From Macrostomum lignano (Eukaryota): a stretch of 64,000 nt of DNA. A program made the position numbers and the translations under genes. The stretch is from contig NIVC01000166.1 in the NCBI GenBank assembly GCA_002269645.1, positions 496,001-560,000 of the forward strand. Reading direction: 5' to 3'. Below are positions 14,001 through 54,078 of the stretch, in pieces; positions within the stretch are counted from its first letter, which is position 1, and the number at the start of each line of letters is the position of its first letter. The notes beneath the pieces are model-generated. The model saw only the letters and a list, made by a program, of their open reading frames with translations, was not told the DNA's origin and ran no database searches.

Positions 14001-14399
14001 CAATTAAACAAAAGCATTTACTCCGAGTCCAACCTATTTTTACAGGTGGTTAACTACGGCCTGGGCGGCCACTACGAGCCGCATTACGATTTCGCGCACA
14101 GACGCGAGGTGAACTCGTTCGAACGGGCCCAGGGAAACCGCATAGCAACTCTGCTCTATTACCTGTCGGATGTGCCAGCTGGTGGAGCCACCGTGTTCAC
14201 CGATTTGGGTGTCCGCCTGCTGCCTACGAGAGGCTCTGCAGCGTTCTGGTTTAACCTGAAACGCAGTGGCGAAGGTGAGATGCTCACCAGACACGCGGCC
14301 TGCCCCGTGCTGCATGGCTCCAAGTGGGTCATGAACAAGTGGTTCCACGAGCGGGATCAAGAGTTTCGCCGGCCTTGCAGTCTGGACTCCAATGAATAG
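5089..14399 (+). CDS. P4HA: Prolyl 4-hydroxylase alpha subunit (collagen-type P4HA), 5 exons: 5089-5590, 11465-11631, 11740-12096, 12824-13084, 14046-14399; 546 aa
   Basis: All introns GT-AG with compatible phases (1,0,0,0); total 1641 nt is in frame. Signal peptide then ELFTA..., HPVYAYLMLKRL, EDVDGAMDAIVRLQDTY; TPR-like region; EPRLRRATV..YRISKSAWL; catalytic NYGLGGHYEPHYD, RIATLLYYLSDV..GGATVF, HAACPVLHGSKWVMNKWFHE. Confidence 0.95.
6305..6568. mobile_element. hAT-like MITE in P4HA intron 1
   Basis: TIRs CAGGGGCGTAGC / GCTACGCCCCTG; 8-bp TSD TGAATCAC at 6297-6304 and 6569-6576. Confidence 0.88.
7037..9785. mobile_element. Outer hAT-like MITE (~320 bp when empty) interrupted by a second hAT element
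   Basis: 13-bp TIRs CATACATGCCCAA (7037) / TTGGGCATGTATG (ends 9785). Flanks CCTGGTGT (7029-7036) and CCTAGTGT (9786-9793) are an 8-bp TSD with one mismatch. Confidence 0.7.
7089..9507 (+). mobile_element. Internally deleted hAT transposon with degenerate transposase C-terminus
   Basis: TIRs CAGTGTTGGGCA / TGCCCAACACTG; perfect 8-bp TSD GAAATGGC (7081-7088, 9508-9515); AGTAAC/GTTACT subterminal repeats. Remnant FPLMTKLAQAVMTFFHANADPE resembles the hAT dimerisation domain. It continues in frame through TAG TAG (8050-8055) into a coiled-coil tail (to 8391). Confidence 0.85.
10648..10875. repeat. 76-bp minisatellite, 3 units (about 8 units in copy 2 at ~20383-20985)
   Basis: GCAACATGCTTTAATTCCTAGGGACT... 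recurs at 10648, 10724 and 10800. Confidence 0.9.
12200..12680. repeat. ~25-bp minisatellite in P4HA intron 3 (copy 2 at ~22340-22760)
   Basis: Unit GGGATTTTGGAATCTGGGATCAGTT and variants. Confidence 0.9.
13195..13820. repeat. 28-bp minisatellite in P4HA intron 4 (copy 2 at ~23275-23870)
   Basis: Unit GGACCTCTATCTAAAAGGACCAGTTTTA, about 22 copies. Confidence 0.92.
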
Positions 14400-16605
14400 A
14401 TTTGATTGGTTGAAGACTTCTGACTTCGCTTTACCCAAGTCCCAGGCGTGCTCGATGGGGGGTTCGTGTCTGAAGCCTGAGTTGCCTGTTTGAATGTGCG
14501 AACTGTTGCGCAACCCGTGTGGATTTTTAAGAGATGTTTTAAAGAGGGCGGAGTGCTCTTGGCATGTCTTATGTCAGGCCTTATTTGCTCTTAACTAACT
14601 TAACGGCTAAACTAAAATGGAAGTCGAGTTTGAAACTTCCCTTTAAAACAAAGCTTTAATGTACTTGTATGCAAATTATTATTGCAGTGATCGCATGCTA
14701 GACTAATTTGATTGAAATTTTCGAAGCAGTATTATTCTAAGTGCTTGTTGCCTTTGCTTGTACCTTATCTGTATTTACGCTCGTGTCTGCACTCATAAAG
14801 TTGACAAGTTGGCCAGTGCTAAGTTCAATGCGTTTTTGACTATTATATTAAAGCTGCTTCACTATACAGTATTATAAATGCAAATAAAAATTTTTGTCTT
14901 GTCACCTAATATGATATTAGATATTGCTCGTGGACCAATTTATTTATACTATTTTTAATGTCAATCGTATTTGCAAACATTTTGTATTTGTTAATTTTTT
15001 GCATGAACCGCATACTTTTTAGAATTTTGCATGTTTGTTTGGATTGAACCTGTTTTTTGCCTTTAAGCTTCTTTAACCTCTTAGCCTTCCAGCTTTGCCC
15101 ACACTCTTGCAGTAGCTTTTGTTATTTATTAAATAAGTCATTTATTTTTAAACCTGCTTTGATAAATATTTACAAACTTGAATATCAATCGCTGTTTTTT
15201 TGCTAATAAAAATATACTTTCGAACTTGTTAAAGTACAAGCATAGTTTTGGTAGTTCTGTTGCCCTTCTGTGAAGTTTATAACTAATGCCGATATTTTGT
15301 TGTGTTCCTGTATTTATTCGTTATTTGCATGCATTAAAAAGGTCATTAATGATCGAATCAATTGAAAATTCAATTCCTCTGATACAAAAGTCTTAGCTAC
15401 ATACATTTCTTTAATAACTACTAACTTTAGGTTGTAAGAATTGTTTGCAACCTCCAAGTCAATGTGCAGTAAAAAGGAATGCTGCGAATTATTGATTATC
15501 GCCAGACAGATTTTTACTGGGTCGCTTTCACAAGCTTGAAATATTACATTAATTGTGAGTTGTGAGCTACCATGTAGCAAAAAACGCTCTGGTACGAGCA
15601 TGATTCAAATACATGTTCGTAGCTTTGTGAAATATTGATAAAGCATCGAAATGATTTAATAAAATGCGTTAAAATCAATCTTTCTAAATTTTTGTGAGCG
15701 GGTTTTATTAGCAGAAAGTTGTAATTTGTTATAATGTCTACATATCGCGCATCTGAGATTCGAACTTTTTAAAAAGCTAGAAATACGCTAGTAATAATTC
15801 AGCTTGCGCAGCGTGTCATGCATTAAGACGCACACGTATTGTAGATTTTATAATTTTATAAATACTCGCTTCTATCCTGTGCCATCACGTTTTAATTCTA
15901 CATGTAGAAGCTTGTAAAATACTTTTTTAATAAATATGCTTTATGTTTAATCAATATTTGCGTACATTCCATCTAAGAGAATACCTAAATAATTAATAAC
16001 TTATTTTGGTGTTGACTTTCTATAGAGTGCTACTTTATAATAGCAAAAATTTACAGCTCTAATTAAAAACATAATGTGTACATATTTTCAAGATTTAGGT
16101 GCATGTAATTATATAATATTTAGAACTGTTCTAAGGCTACAATATGAATTAATGAAAATATTATAGGTCTAATTTAATTAGAATATTTAAAGATATATGT
16201 ACCGAAAAAATAATATTATATCAAAATGGAATTTATTTTCTAGCATCAATTAAATTGATACTTTTACTTTCATTTTAAATGGACAGGTATTAAAATGCTG
16301 TTATTATATGTATATGCATTTACAAATATTACTTTGTGCTAAGTATGTATAAAAATAAGTAGGTATAGATGAATAAAATTTTATTTACATTTATTTGGAA
16401 AATTTTTGTGTGATTCAACAGTTCGTTTTTTAATAAAATTATGGTAAAAAGATGGAACTAAGTTAAACAATTTTATTTTAAATAAGAGAGTATTTAAAAG
16501 TATATTTTATTAAAACTTTCCTCCAAAAAGTAAAGCAAGGCCTGAAGTTAAGTCTTTAATATTCTAGCATAAGAATTTGCTTTACAAGTCACTGAGGACG
16601 ACAAA

Positions 16606-16822
16606 ATGTCAAACGAGCCGGTGCCGGACTCGGGCCGCTACGCCGGCTACGGTTTGAGCAGCGACGAGAGAGTGGCCGACGAGGTTAGCAGTCATCGGCG
16701 AATCCCGGCCGGTCGGCCAACCGCTGTGCTGGTCGGCGTTCGATTGCCACAAGACGACGATGACAAAGGGGGCGACGGAAAAACCAGGAAGAAGCGTCGC
16801 CGAAGGGAGCGGCTGAGGCGAG
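16606..16822 (+). CDS. Duplicated first coding exon of the SLC4 gene (copy 1; 72 aa plus 1 nt)
   Basis: Encodes the same 72 aa as 26676-26892. ATG in AAAATG context; AVLVGVRLP followed by a basic stretch resembles the SLC4A7/8/10 N-terminal AVYVGVHVP..RRRHRH motif; donor CGAG|GTAAAC, phase 1. Confidence 0.75.
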
Positions 16823-18354
16823 GTAAACTTGAGCGCGGCATTCGAGTGTCGACTAGAGCACCGTCAGGAGGGGACGTCAGAAAGAGCACCGTCAGGAGGG
16901 GGTGTCAGAAAGAGCACCGTCAGGAGGGGGTGTCAGAAAGAGCACCGTCAGGAGGGGGTGTCAGAAAGAGCACCGTCAGGAGGGAGTGTCAGAAAGAGCA
17001 CCGTCAGGAGGGGGTGTCAGAAAGAGCACCGTCAGGAGGGGGTGTCAGAAAGAGCACCGTCAGGAAAGGTCAGAATGCATGGGTCGGTTTTGCGCACCGA
17101 AGGATGCCACAGAGAGTGCCAGAATATCAGAATCGGATCGAGGAAGTGTATTTATGTCCTTTATATCCCTGAGAAAGGTCTGTCTTGCGCTGAAAAAAAC
17201 ATCTGTGAGCTGTGAGCTCATCTTGAATCCCGCGATTCCTGCCCTGTCATTCATAGTATTTCCCTACCTTTGCAGCCCCAACACCCTTCCGCTTAAGCTC
17301 TCGAGGCCTTCTCGAGTTGGGATGGCCCAACTCTGTCCCGTGTCTCGTGTCCAAGCTGCCACACGCCGCTTCCCCTCCCTTGATTGATGCCTTACTATAG
17401 AGTGACTAAAGCGCAAGTCCTTCGCCCCCTCCCTCACCTCTTCGCGACCGAACCCGTCAACCCTTCCGGCCTTTCCTGTCGTGATCGATTGCTTTCTGCT
17501 TGGCCCAGGAGGCGCCTCTTCTGCACATGTCCTCGTGTTATAATGTAGCTATTTGCTTATAGTACTTGGTTGTAATGTTGCTTTTTTACGCGGCTAAAGA
17601 CAACAGTTTTGCTAAGTTGACAAGGCAAATGACCGTTGATGACTCTTTTCTGTTGATTTATATAGAAAATACTGAAAGGTGGGTCTACGGAGCATCCAGG
17701 TTAAGAACTTGGGCGTCCAATCTTCTTCCACACTTGTGCCAGCCTTGGGCCAAGGGCTGATTGCGCGCCACAATTCTCTAACTGGCTTCTCCAATAGACC
17801 CCACTTGGGCCATAGACAATGGAAAGCAAGTCTTCAACAATGGCTTGATTCACCTCTCATCAAGTATAAACTTGCTGCTTTCCAGGCTCAATTGGCTTGG
17901 AAAATTCTTTAGTAGTGCTTGGCTACCAAACTTCATTGCTAAAGTTAAACCTTCCCCCCCCCCCTCGAATTTCTGCAGGTTCCACCTCAATTGATGAGCC
18001 AGACGGAGGAGCCGTGAACGAGCCTGCTCCAGGTAATATTCTGCTACATTTTTGTGTAGCAAGCGAATGGGAAGTCTGGCCACATACTATTCTCGTGCTT
18101 TTATGGGAGCTGTGGCTATTTTAGACCGTGTTGTTGGTTTAACTAAAAAATTAAAAGTACACAAAGCTATGCGATGCGAATGGCCGGATGCATTTCGTAG
18201 CCATTCCGTTGACATTTTCGCTTTCGGAGAAGGAAGGAATGACCAGTTTGTAAAAGCTCCTACTGAAGACGCAACAGCCGCGCATCATATACAATAGCGG
18301 TGTTTGGTTGCGAGCGTATGGGAGTCAGTTGGTCAGTTAGTTAGTTAGTTAGTC

Positions 18355-18403
<49 letters not shown>

Positions 18404-21400
18404 TTCAGTTAGACAGATTAAGCTGTAGCTCAGCAAAGGCAGATTTCGCTTTCTCAACAGAGAGATTAAAAGATTAACAAACTTTGGGGAGTATTGTTTC
18501 TGGGATGATTGGCAGACAGAGGCAGAGGAATTTAGAGGCACTCTGATTTCGGACCAGCTGTTACAGTTACTGCAACAATCACAATATTTAAATTTAAAAC
18601 TTAAATGCTTAGCTAATATGCTGGTTGTAACATATTTTTGCATTTTTCATTCCTAAATTCAAAATTAAGTGAATAGTATCATATGGTATTGCGCTTAATT
18701 AATGAAGAAATACTTGAAACATGTTTTACTTTGTTAATTTCAGTAAAATATTTTTGCCTTTCATTTTCGTTACTAAAAATTTTCAAGTTTAATTCAAACA
18801 AACAACCAAAGAAAGAAATTCATCTGTAGCCTCCACAAGTCCCTCCACTGGCACTGCAGTACACTACACCATTTTATACAGTTCTATTTATTTTACTCTA
18901 TTGAATTATTGATATTTGTTTATTTTATCATTTATAATTTTAATTATTGATTGCCATTGCCAATTGGTCCTTCTACTTGCCTCACATTGTGTTGCCAATT
19001 CCTGTCTCTGTCTGTTAATTGGTTAATCCCAATGCCCAATGGCAAATTTCAGTAACAACAATGTGAAAAAAGCTGAAAATTTTTGTTAAGAGCATGGGTA
19101 ATGGAAGTGAGTAATGGATAGTAACCTAAAAGTACTAGGTTTTTGTCTAAAGTTACTAGGCTAATGTAAGTTACTTTTTAAAAATTGGTAACTTAAGTTA
19201 CAGTAACGCAAGTTACTTTTTTTGAGTAACTTGCCCAACACTGGAAATGGCCACTGGCCAATGTAAGTTGCAAAAATGAAAATGCAAAAAATAAAAAAAT
19301 TGGAGGACTAAAGAAAAGAAAGGAAAAGAAAGGAAGAAGAAGAAAGAAAAAGAAAGAGGAGAGAGAAAGAGAAAAAAGGCAAGGCAAGAAAAGTCATATA
19401 AAAAGTGAAAATTAAGTTGTAATCAGGGGAACTAAGTTGCAATTGGGAGGAACTAAGTTGCAAATCTGGACAAAACTAAATTGCACCAAACAGGTGAAAT
19501 TTTGAGATTGGGCATGTATGCCTAGTGTCTCAGCTCCTTGGACTGGCCAACTATAGTCAATAAGGACAATAGAAATAAACGATCATACACATATCAACAG
19601 ACCATTTTTAGTATATGGGAATGAGACCTATTGTGCTGTTTCATTTTTTTTGTGGTAGTTGGAATAACAATGCATGAAATTTTGACTGAGGATTTCCCCT
19701 TCAAAATGTTTTTGCTATCTGGGTTCCACTTGCTTTTTCCAAGGAGAACAATACTACTAATATCAATTGCAACAAGTATATGGTAAAAGATAAGACATGG
19801 GTATACCTGAAAAATATTGACACAAAGCAAAACAATAAGTGCTGGCTTGGCCAAGGAGCTAATTGATTTTATATTGTCAAGTGCTCTATTAATAATGCAA
19901 AGACAATGCTATTGGTTGCTTTCACTCCAAACAAGTGCTGCATTGAATCCATTGAATTTATATAAAGCAAACTATTGATACAAATGACTAATGGCATCTT
20001 TGAATTTATTTAGCACATAGAAGACGTTTGGCATATTCTCAGGTCAAAGCCAATTCACCTGTTGGATATTCTTTGACAATGGGACAATGTGCAACCTCGA
20101 ACAGTCTACTGTAGCATGGAGTCTCATGGAGTTTAGCTAGTGTTTCAAAGTCCTTATTTTATTTATTGCTAATGTCCTTGATGCTTACTATTATTAAACT
20201 ATGTGAGTTTATCATCAGTACAAGGTGCCCTTGGTGGCTTCAGTGCCCAAGTGGCAAGACATTGTTGACTATTATTAATCCTAACAAGTCCAAAGTGGTG
20301 TTACCAGTGATTGAGGGTTTTCCAGCTTCCTTCATGGATTTACTATCTATCAGGACTCACTGGTTCATTACACTTCAGACTAGCAACATGCTTTAATTCC
20401 TAGGGACTTATCTATCTCTATACCTAGCATTGGTCAATGCAACTTTCACTCTCACTCTGCAACATGCTTTAATTCCTAGGGACTTATCTATCTCTATACC
20501 TAGCATCGGGAAATGCAACTTTCACTCTCACTCTGCAACATGCTTTAATTCCTAGGGACTTATCTATCTCTATACCTGCTGGTAGCATTGGGCAATGCAA
20601 CTTTCACTCTCACTCTGCAACATGCTTTAATTCCTAGGGACTCATCTATCTCTATACCTAGCATTGGGCAATGCAACTTTCACTCTCACTCTGCAACATG
20701 CTTTAATTCATAGGGATTTATCTATCTCTATACCTAGCATTGGTCAATGCAACTTTCACTCTCACTCTGCAACATGCTTTAATTCATAGGGACTTATCTA
20801 TCTCTATACCTAGCATTGGTCAATGCAACTTTCACTTTCACTTTGCAACATGCTTTAATTCCTAGGGACTCATCTATCTCTATACCTAGCATTGGGCAAT
20901 GCAACTTTCACTCTCACTTTGCAACATGCTTTAATTCCTAGGGACTCATCCACTTTATACCTGGCATTGGGCAATGCAACTTGAACACTCTTGGTCTGCA
21001 ACCATTACTCTAGTAGCAAACACTGCCATGCATAATTGGCAAAAACTACTTCTCAAAATAACTTAAGTGAGCACTATAATTGTTTGTAAGAGCAAAACAG
21101 GTTGAAAAAAGTTAAGGTTACAACTTTCTTCTTTAGCTCCTGTATATCTATATCATTTTGGGATGTTTTCCAATTGATTCTTTTACAGTTTAACAAAATA
21201 GCGCATAATAAAACAATTGTTTTTTTTGCATTCAAACAAATTTTTCAGAGCTTTTGGCAGGAAATCAAATTTGCTGAACATTATTATATATGAAGCTTTC
21301 TCACATAGCTAAGGAAGAGTAGGAGTATTAGAGTTGGGTGTCTAGGTCTATAAAATTGAACTTTTTTACTATTTTTCCATTAAGTTTTTGCATTGTTTTA

Positions 21401-24400
21401 TCACTATAAGGTATTGCCCACCCCCCAAAAATATTTTTGCTATGCCAAAGCTATAAGCTTTCATTTCTATAAATTATCATTTATTTTAAGTAAAGTTATA
21501 TATAACGTTTTAAGTGAATAAAATCGGATGTTCCTTTTATTTCAGTTTTTGCTAAAGTTATACATCAATAAAATATATTTCTACTGCATTTTAGCGGATG
21601 AGTGCTTTGCCATTGCACTCTTTGCGTACACCAAAGGAGATCTATACCATGCCAAAGACTGGTTCTCTGTGGCCCTTGGCCAAATGGGTGATCGAACTAT
21701 TAGCAGCCAGGGCCTTAAGCGCAGCAGGATTTTGGACTACTTGGCGTATGTTCTCTACAAGGTATCAACACGCTAATTTATGCTACTAAGCTGACGAAGC
21801 ATGTTTGTATTATAAACTATAGATAGTTACTCCTGCCTTTTACCTTTTTTTAAAATTTACTGTCTACAGCAAGGCCACCTACAGGAGGCGCTGGCGCTGA
21901 CCAACGAGTTGCTAGTGCTAGAGCCCGGTCACGAACGGGCGCTCAACAATCGGGCGCATTTCGAACGGCAATTGGCCAACGAGCTGGCCGCTGGTGGGCC
22001 ACGCCGCAAAGGCGACACAGGGTCAGCCGAGGACGAGGAGGCCATCCGGCACAATGCGCCGCACCGGGAGGGCTGGTACGCCAGCGCCGAGTTCCAGCGC
22101 TACAAACGGCTGTGCCGAGGCCAACTGCTGCCTGGTGACTTCGAATCGGTGGCTTCCAATAAGCCGCTGGTGTGTCGGTACCATCGGCCGCATGCCTATT
22201 TCTATTTGGCTCCGGTTAAGGAAGAGGTCAGGGTTTTTGTTTGTTTGTAGTCTTATTGATAACTATTCTCGAAAAGATTATTGTTACATTTCTAAGCTTT
22301 GACAGCAACAGTGGAATCCAGGATCAATGGGTTTTAAAATCTGGGATTGGTTGGGATTTTTGAATCTGGGATCATTGGGATTTTGTAGTCTGAGATCAGT
22401 TGGGATTTTGGAATCTGGGATCAGTTGGGATTTTGTAGTCTGAGATCAGTTGGGATTTTGGAATCTGGGATCATTGGGATTTTGTAGTCTGAGATCAGTT
22501 GGGATTTTGGAATCTGGGATCAGTTAGGATTTAGGAATCTCGGATCATTTGGGATTTTGGAATCTGGGATCAGTTAGAATTTAGGAATCTCGGATCATTT
22601 GGGATTTTGGAATCTGGGATCAGTTAGGATTTAGGAATCTCGGATCATTTGGGATTTTAGAATTTGGGATCATTTGGGATTTTAGAATCTGGGATCAGTT
22701 CGGATTTGGAATCTGGGGATCATTTGGGATTTGGAATCTGGGTCCAATTAGAATCCATGATTGTTAAAGTTTTGATTTCTGAGATGATTTATTGGGATTG
22801 TTAAGTTGAGATGATTCACTCGGGATCAGGAATCTGGGGATCCTTTTCCGACTATTTGAACCAAGTTTTCTTAGAAAAGCAACCAAATAAAATGGATCTC
22901 CAGATTGCGCACTGGCGGCCCCTCATAGTGTTATGGCATGGCATCATCGGGACAGCGGAGACGGCCACTATTCGTCAGCTGGCGGAGCCCCGGCTGCGCC
23001 GAGCCACCGTGCAGGACCCCGCAACTGGCCGCCTGGTGACTGCCCGTTATCGGATCAGCAAAAGCGCCTGGCTGCAATCCGTTCTGCACCCGGCTATTGA
23101 AAATCTGGATCGGCGCATCGAGCTGCTGACTGGACTGAGTGTGGCGTCTGCCGAGGAATTGCAGGTTGGAGTTGTCTGTCTGTGACGGTTCTTTGTAAAG
23201 AATATACTGTTTGGTACGTAGAATGATCTGTAGAAAGCGGCCCCTTGATTTCGTCGCTAAAAGAGCCACTTTAAGAACCTCTATCTAAAAGGACCAGTTT
23301 TAGGACCTCTATCTAAAAGGACCAGTTTTAGGACCTCTATCTAAAAGGACCAGTTTTAGGACCTCTATCTAAAAGGACCAGTTTTAGGACCTCTATCTAA
23401 AAGGACCAGTTTTAGGACCTCTATCTTAAAGGACCAGTTTTAGGACCTCTATCTAAAAGGACCAGTTTTAGGACCTCTATCTAAAAGGACCAGTTTTAGG
23501 ACCTCTATCTAAAAGGACCAGTTTTAGGACCTCTATCTAAAAGGACCAGTTTTAGGACCTCTATCTAAAAGGACCAGTTTTAGAACCTCTATCTAAAAGA
23601 ACCAGTTTTAGAACCTCTATCTAAAAGGACCAGTTTTAGGACCTCTATCTAAAAGGACCAGTTTTAGGACCTCTATCTAAAAGGACCAGTTTTAAGACCT
23701 CTATCTAAAAGGACCAGTTTTAGGACCTCTATCTAAAAGGACCAGTTTTAGAACCTTTATCTAAAAGGACGAGTTTTAGGACCTCTATCTAAAAGGACGA
23801 GTTTTAGGACCTCTATCTAAAAGGACCATTTTTAGGACCTCTATCTAAAAGGACCAGTTTTAGGACCTCTAATGATAAATAAAAGTACCACTTTTAGATC
23901 ATCAGCTAAAATGTCTAATTTTAGGTCCTCTAGTTGAAAAGACCACTTCTGGGCCTCTAACCTTAAAAACCACTTTTGGGTCCTTCAGCTGAAAAGGACC
24001 ACTTTAAAGTCCTCTACTAGTTTTGAAGGGACCACCATTAGTTTGCACAAAACAATTAAACAAAAGCATTTACTCCGAGTCCAACCTATTTTTACAGGTG
24101 GTTAACTACGGCCTGGGCGGCCACTACGAGCCGCATTACGATTTCGCGCACAGACGCGAGGTGAACTCGTTCGAACGGGCCCAGGGAAACCGCATAGCAA
24201 CTCTGCTCTATTACCTGTCGGATGTGCCAGCTGGTGGAGCCACCGTGTTCACCGATTTGGGTGTCCGCCTGCTGCCTACGAGAGGCTCTGCAGCGTTCTG
24301 GTTTAACCTGAAACGCAGTGGCGAAGGTGAGATGCTCACCAGACACGCGGCCTGCCCCGTGCTGCATGGCTCCAAGTGGGTCATGAACAAGTGGTTCCAC

Positions 24401-24451
24401 GAGCGGGATCAAGAGTTTCGCCGGCCTTGCAGTCTGGACTCCAATGAATAG
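16606..24451 (+). CDS. Predicted chimeric gene: SLC4 exon 1 (16606-16822) + P4HA exons 2-5 copy 2 (21595-21761, 21870-22226, 22904-23164, 24098-24451); 451 aa
   Basis: Phase-1 donor joined to phase-1 acceptor gives ...RLRR-A-DECFAIALF...; 1356 nt open frame; all splice sites intact. Expression is inferred, not observed. Confidence 0.5.
16855..17065. repeat. 28-bp minisatellite at start of SLC4 intron 1 (longer, with variant units, at ~26925-27390)
   Basis: Unit AGAAAGAGCACCGTCAGGAGGGGGTGTC. Confidence 0.9.
18558..19520. mobile_element. Duplicated right halves of the nested hAT elements (right TIRs and TSDs only)
   Basis: TGCCCAACACTG|GAAATGGC at 19243-19251 and TTGGGCATGTATG|CCTAGTGT ending 19520; no matching left ends in this copy. 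Confidence 0.85.
21595..24451 (+). CDS. P4HA: Partial duplicate of P4HA (exons 2-5, lacking its own exon 1)
   Basis: Exons 21595-21761, 21870-22226, 22904-23164 and 24098-24451 translate identically to copy 1 in the ORF track; splice sites intact; no copy of exon 1 upstream. Confidence 0.9.
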
Positions 24452-26675
24452 ATTTGATTGGTTGAAGACTTCTGACTTCGCTTTACCCAAGTCCCAGGCG
24501 TGCTCGATGGGGGGTTCGTGTCTGAAGCCTGAGTTGCCTGTTTGAATGTGCGGACTGTTGCGCAACCCGTGTGGATTTTTAAGAGATGTTTTAAAGAGGG
24601 CGGAGTGCTCTTGGCATGTCTTATGTCAGGCCTTATTTGCTCTTAACTAACTTAACGACTAAACTAAAATGGAAGTCGAGTTTGAAACTTCCCTTTGAAA
24701 CAAAGCTTTAATGTACTTGTATGCAAATTATTATTGCATTGATCGCATGCTAGACTAATTTGATTGAAATTTTCGAAGCAGTATTATTCTAAGTGCTTGT
24801 TGCCTTTGCTTGTACCTTATCTGTATTCACGCTCGTGTCTGCACTCATAAAGTTGACAAATTGGCCAGTGCTAAGTTCAATGCGTTTTTGACTAACTATT
24901 ATGTTAAAGCTGCTTCACTATATTATCAATGCAAATAAAAATTTTTGTCTTGTCACCTAATATGACATTAGATATTGCTCGTGGACCAATTTATTTATAC
25001 TATTTTTAATGTCAATCGTATTTGCAAACATTTTGTATTTGTTAATTTTTTGCATGAACCGCATACTTTTTAGAATTTTGCATGTTTGTTTGGATTGAAC
25101 CTGTTTTTTGCCTTTAAGCTTCTTTAACCTCTTAGCCTTCCAGCTTTTCCCACACTCTTGCAGTAGCTTTTGTCATTTATTAAATAAGTCATTTATTTTT
25201 AAACCTGCTTTGATAAATATTTACAAACTTGAATATCAATCGCTGTTTTTTTGCTAATAAAAATATACTTTCGAACTTGTTAAAGTACAAGCATAGTTTT
25301 GGTAGTTCTGTTGCCCTTCTGTGAAGTTTATAACTAATGCCGATATTTTGTTGTGTTCCTGTATTTATTCGTTATTTGCATGCATTAAAAAGGTCATTAA
25401 TGATCGAATCAATTGAAAATTCAATTCCTCTGATACAAAAGTCTTAGCTACATACATTTCTTTAATACTACTAACTTTAGGTTGTAAGAATTGTTTGCAA
25501 CCTCCAAGTCAATGTGCAGTAAAAAGGAATGCTGCGAATTATTGATTATCGCCAGACAGATTTTTACTGGGTCGCTTTCACAAGCTTGAAATATTACATT
25601 AATTGTGAGTTGTGAGCTAGCGTAAGTGACTACCATAGTAGCAAAAAACGCTCTGGTACGAGCATGATGCAAATACATGTTCGTAGCTTTGTAAAATATT
25701 GATAAAGCATCGAACTGATTTAATAAAATGCGTTAAAATCAATCTTTCTAAATTTTTGTGAGCGGGTTTTATTAGCAGAAAGTTGTAATTTGTTATAATG
25801 TCTACATATCGCGCATCTGAGATTCGAACTTTTTAAAAAGCTAGAAATACGCTAGTAAGAATTCAGCTTGCGCAGCGTGTCATGCATTAAGACGCACACG
25901 TATTGTAGATTTTATAATTTTATAAATACTCGCTTCTATCCTGTATTATCACGTTTTAATTCTACATGTAGAAGCTCGTAAAATACTTTTTTAATAATTA
26001 TGCTTTATGTTTAATCAATATTTGTGTACATTCCATCTAAGTCTAAGAGAATACCTAAATAATTAATAACTTATTTTGGTGTTGACTTTTTATAGAGTGC
26101 TACTTTATAATAGCAAAAATTTACAGCTCTAATTAAAAACATAATGTGTACATATTTTCAAGATTTAGGTGCATGTAATTATATAACATTTAGAACTGTT
26201 CTAAGGCTACAATATGTATTAATGAAAATATTATAGGTCTAATTTAATTAGAATATTTAAATATATATGTACCGAGAAAATAATATTATATCAAAATGGA
26301 ATTTATTTTTTAGCATCAATTAAATTGATATTTTTACTTTCATTTTAAATGGACAGTTATTAAAATGCTGTTATTATATGTATATGCATTTACAAATATT
26401 ACTTTGTGCTAACTATGTATAAAAATAAGTAGGTATAGATGAATAAAATTTTATTTACATTTATTTGGAAAATTTTTGTGTGATTCAACAGTTCGTTTTT
26501 TAATAAAATTATGGTAAAAAGATGGAACTAAGTTAAACAATTTTATTTTAATTAAGAGAATATTCAAAAGTATATTTTATTAAAACTTTCCTCCAAAAAG
26601 TAAAGCAAGGCCTGAAGTTAAGTCTTTAATATTCTAGCATAGGAATTTGCTTTACAAGTCACTGAGGACGACAAA

Positions 26676-53936
<27,261 letters not shown>

Positions 53937-53939
53937 GGA

Positions 53940-54016
53940 TTTGATTGATAGCTTGATTGGTTAATTGACTGATTGATCGATTGATTGGTTGATTGATTGA
54001 TTGGTTGATTGATTGG

Positions 54017-54078
<62 letters not shown>

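Larger units (their letters stand above)
8822..18557 (+). repeat. Tandem segmental duplication, copy 1
   Basis: Sequence from CTGTTACAGTTACTGCAAC (8822) recurs at 18558; exons and introns are co-linear with copy 2. Confidence 0.93.

Noticed and set aside
16606-17172. 188-aa (and 273-aa at 26676) ORF as a standalone gene
   Set aside because: Only the first 72 codons resemble a protein (SLC4 N-terminus). The rest is read-through past a GT donor into the 28-bp array and differs in length between copies.
21528-21776. Own start codon for the second P4HA copy
   Set aside because: The ATG lies in AT-rich intronic sequence that is also present in copy 1 intron 1, and there is no sign that it is used.
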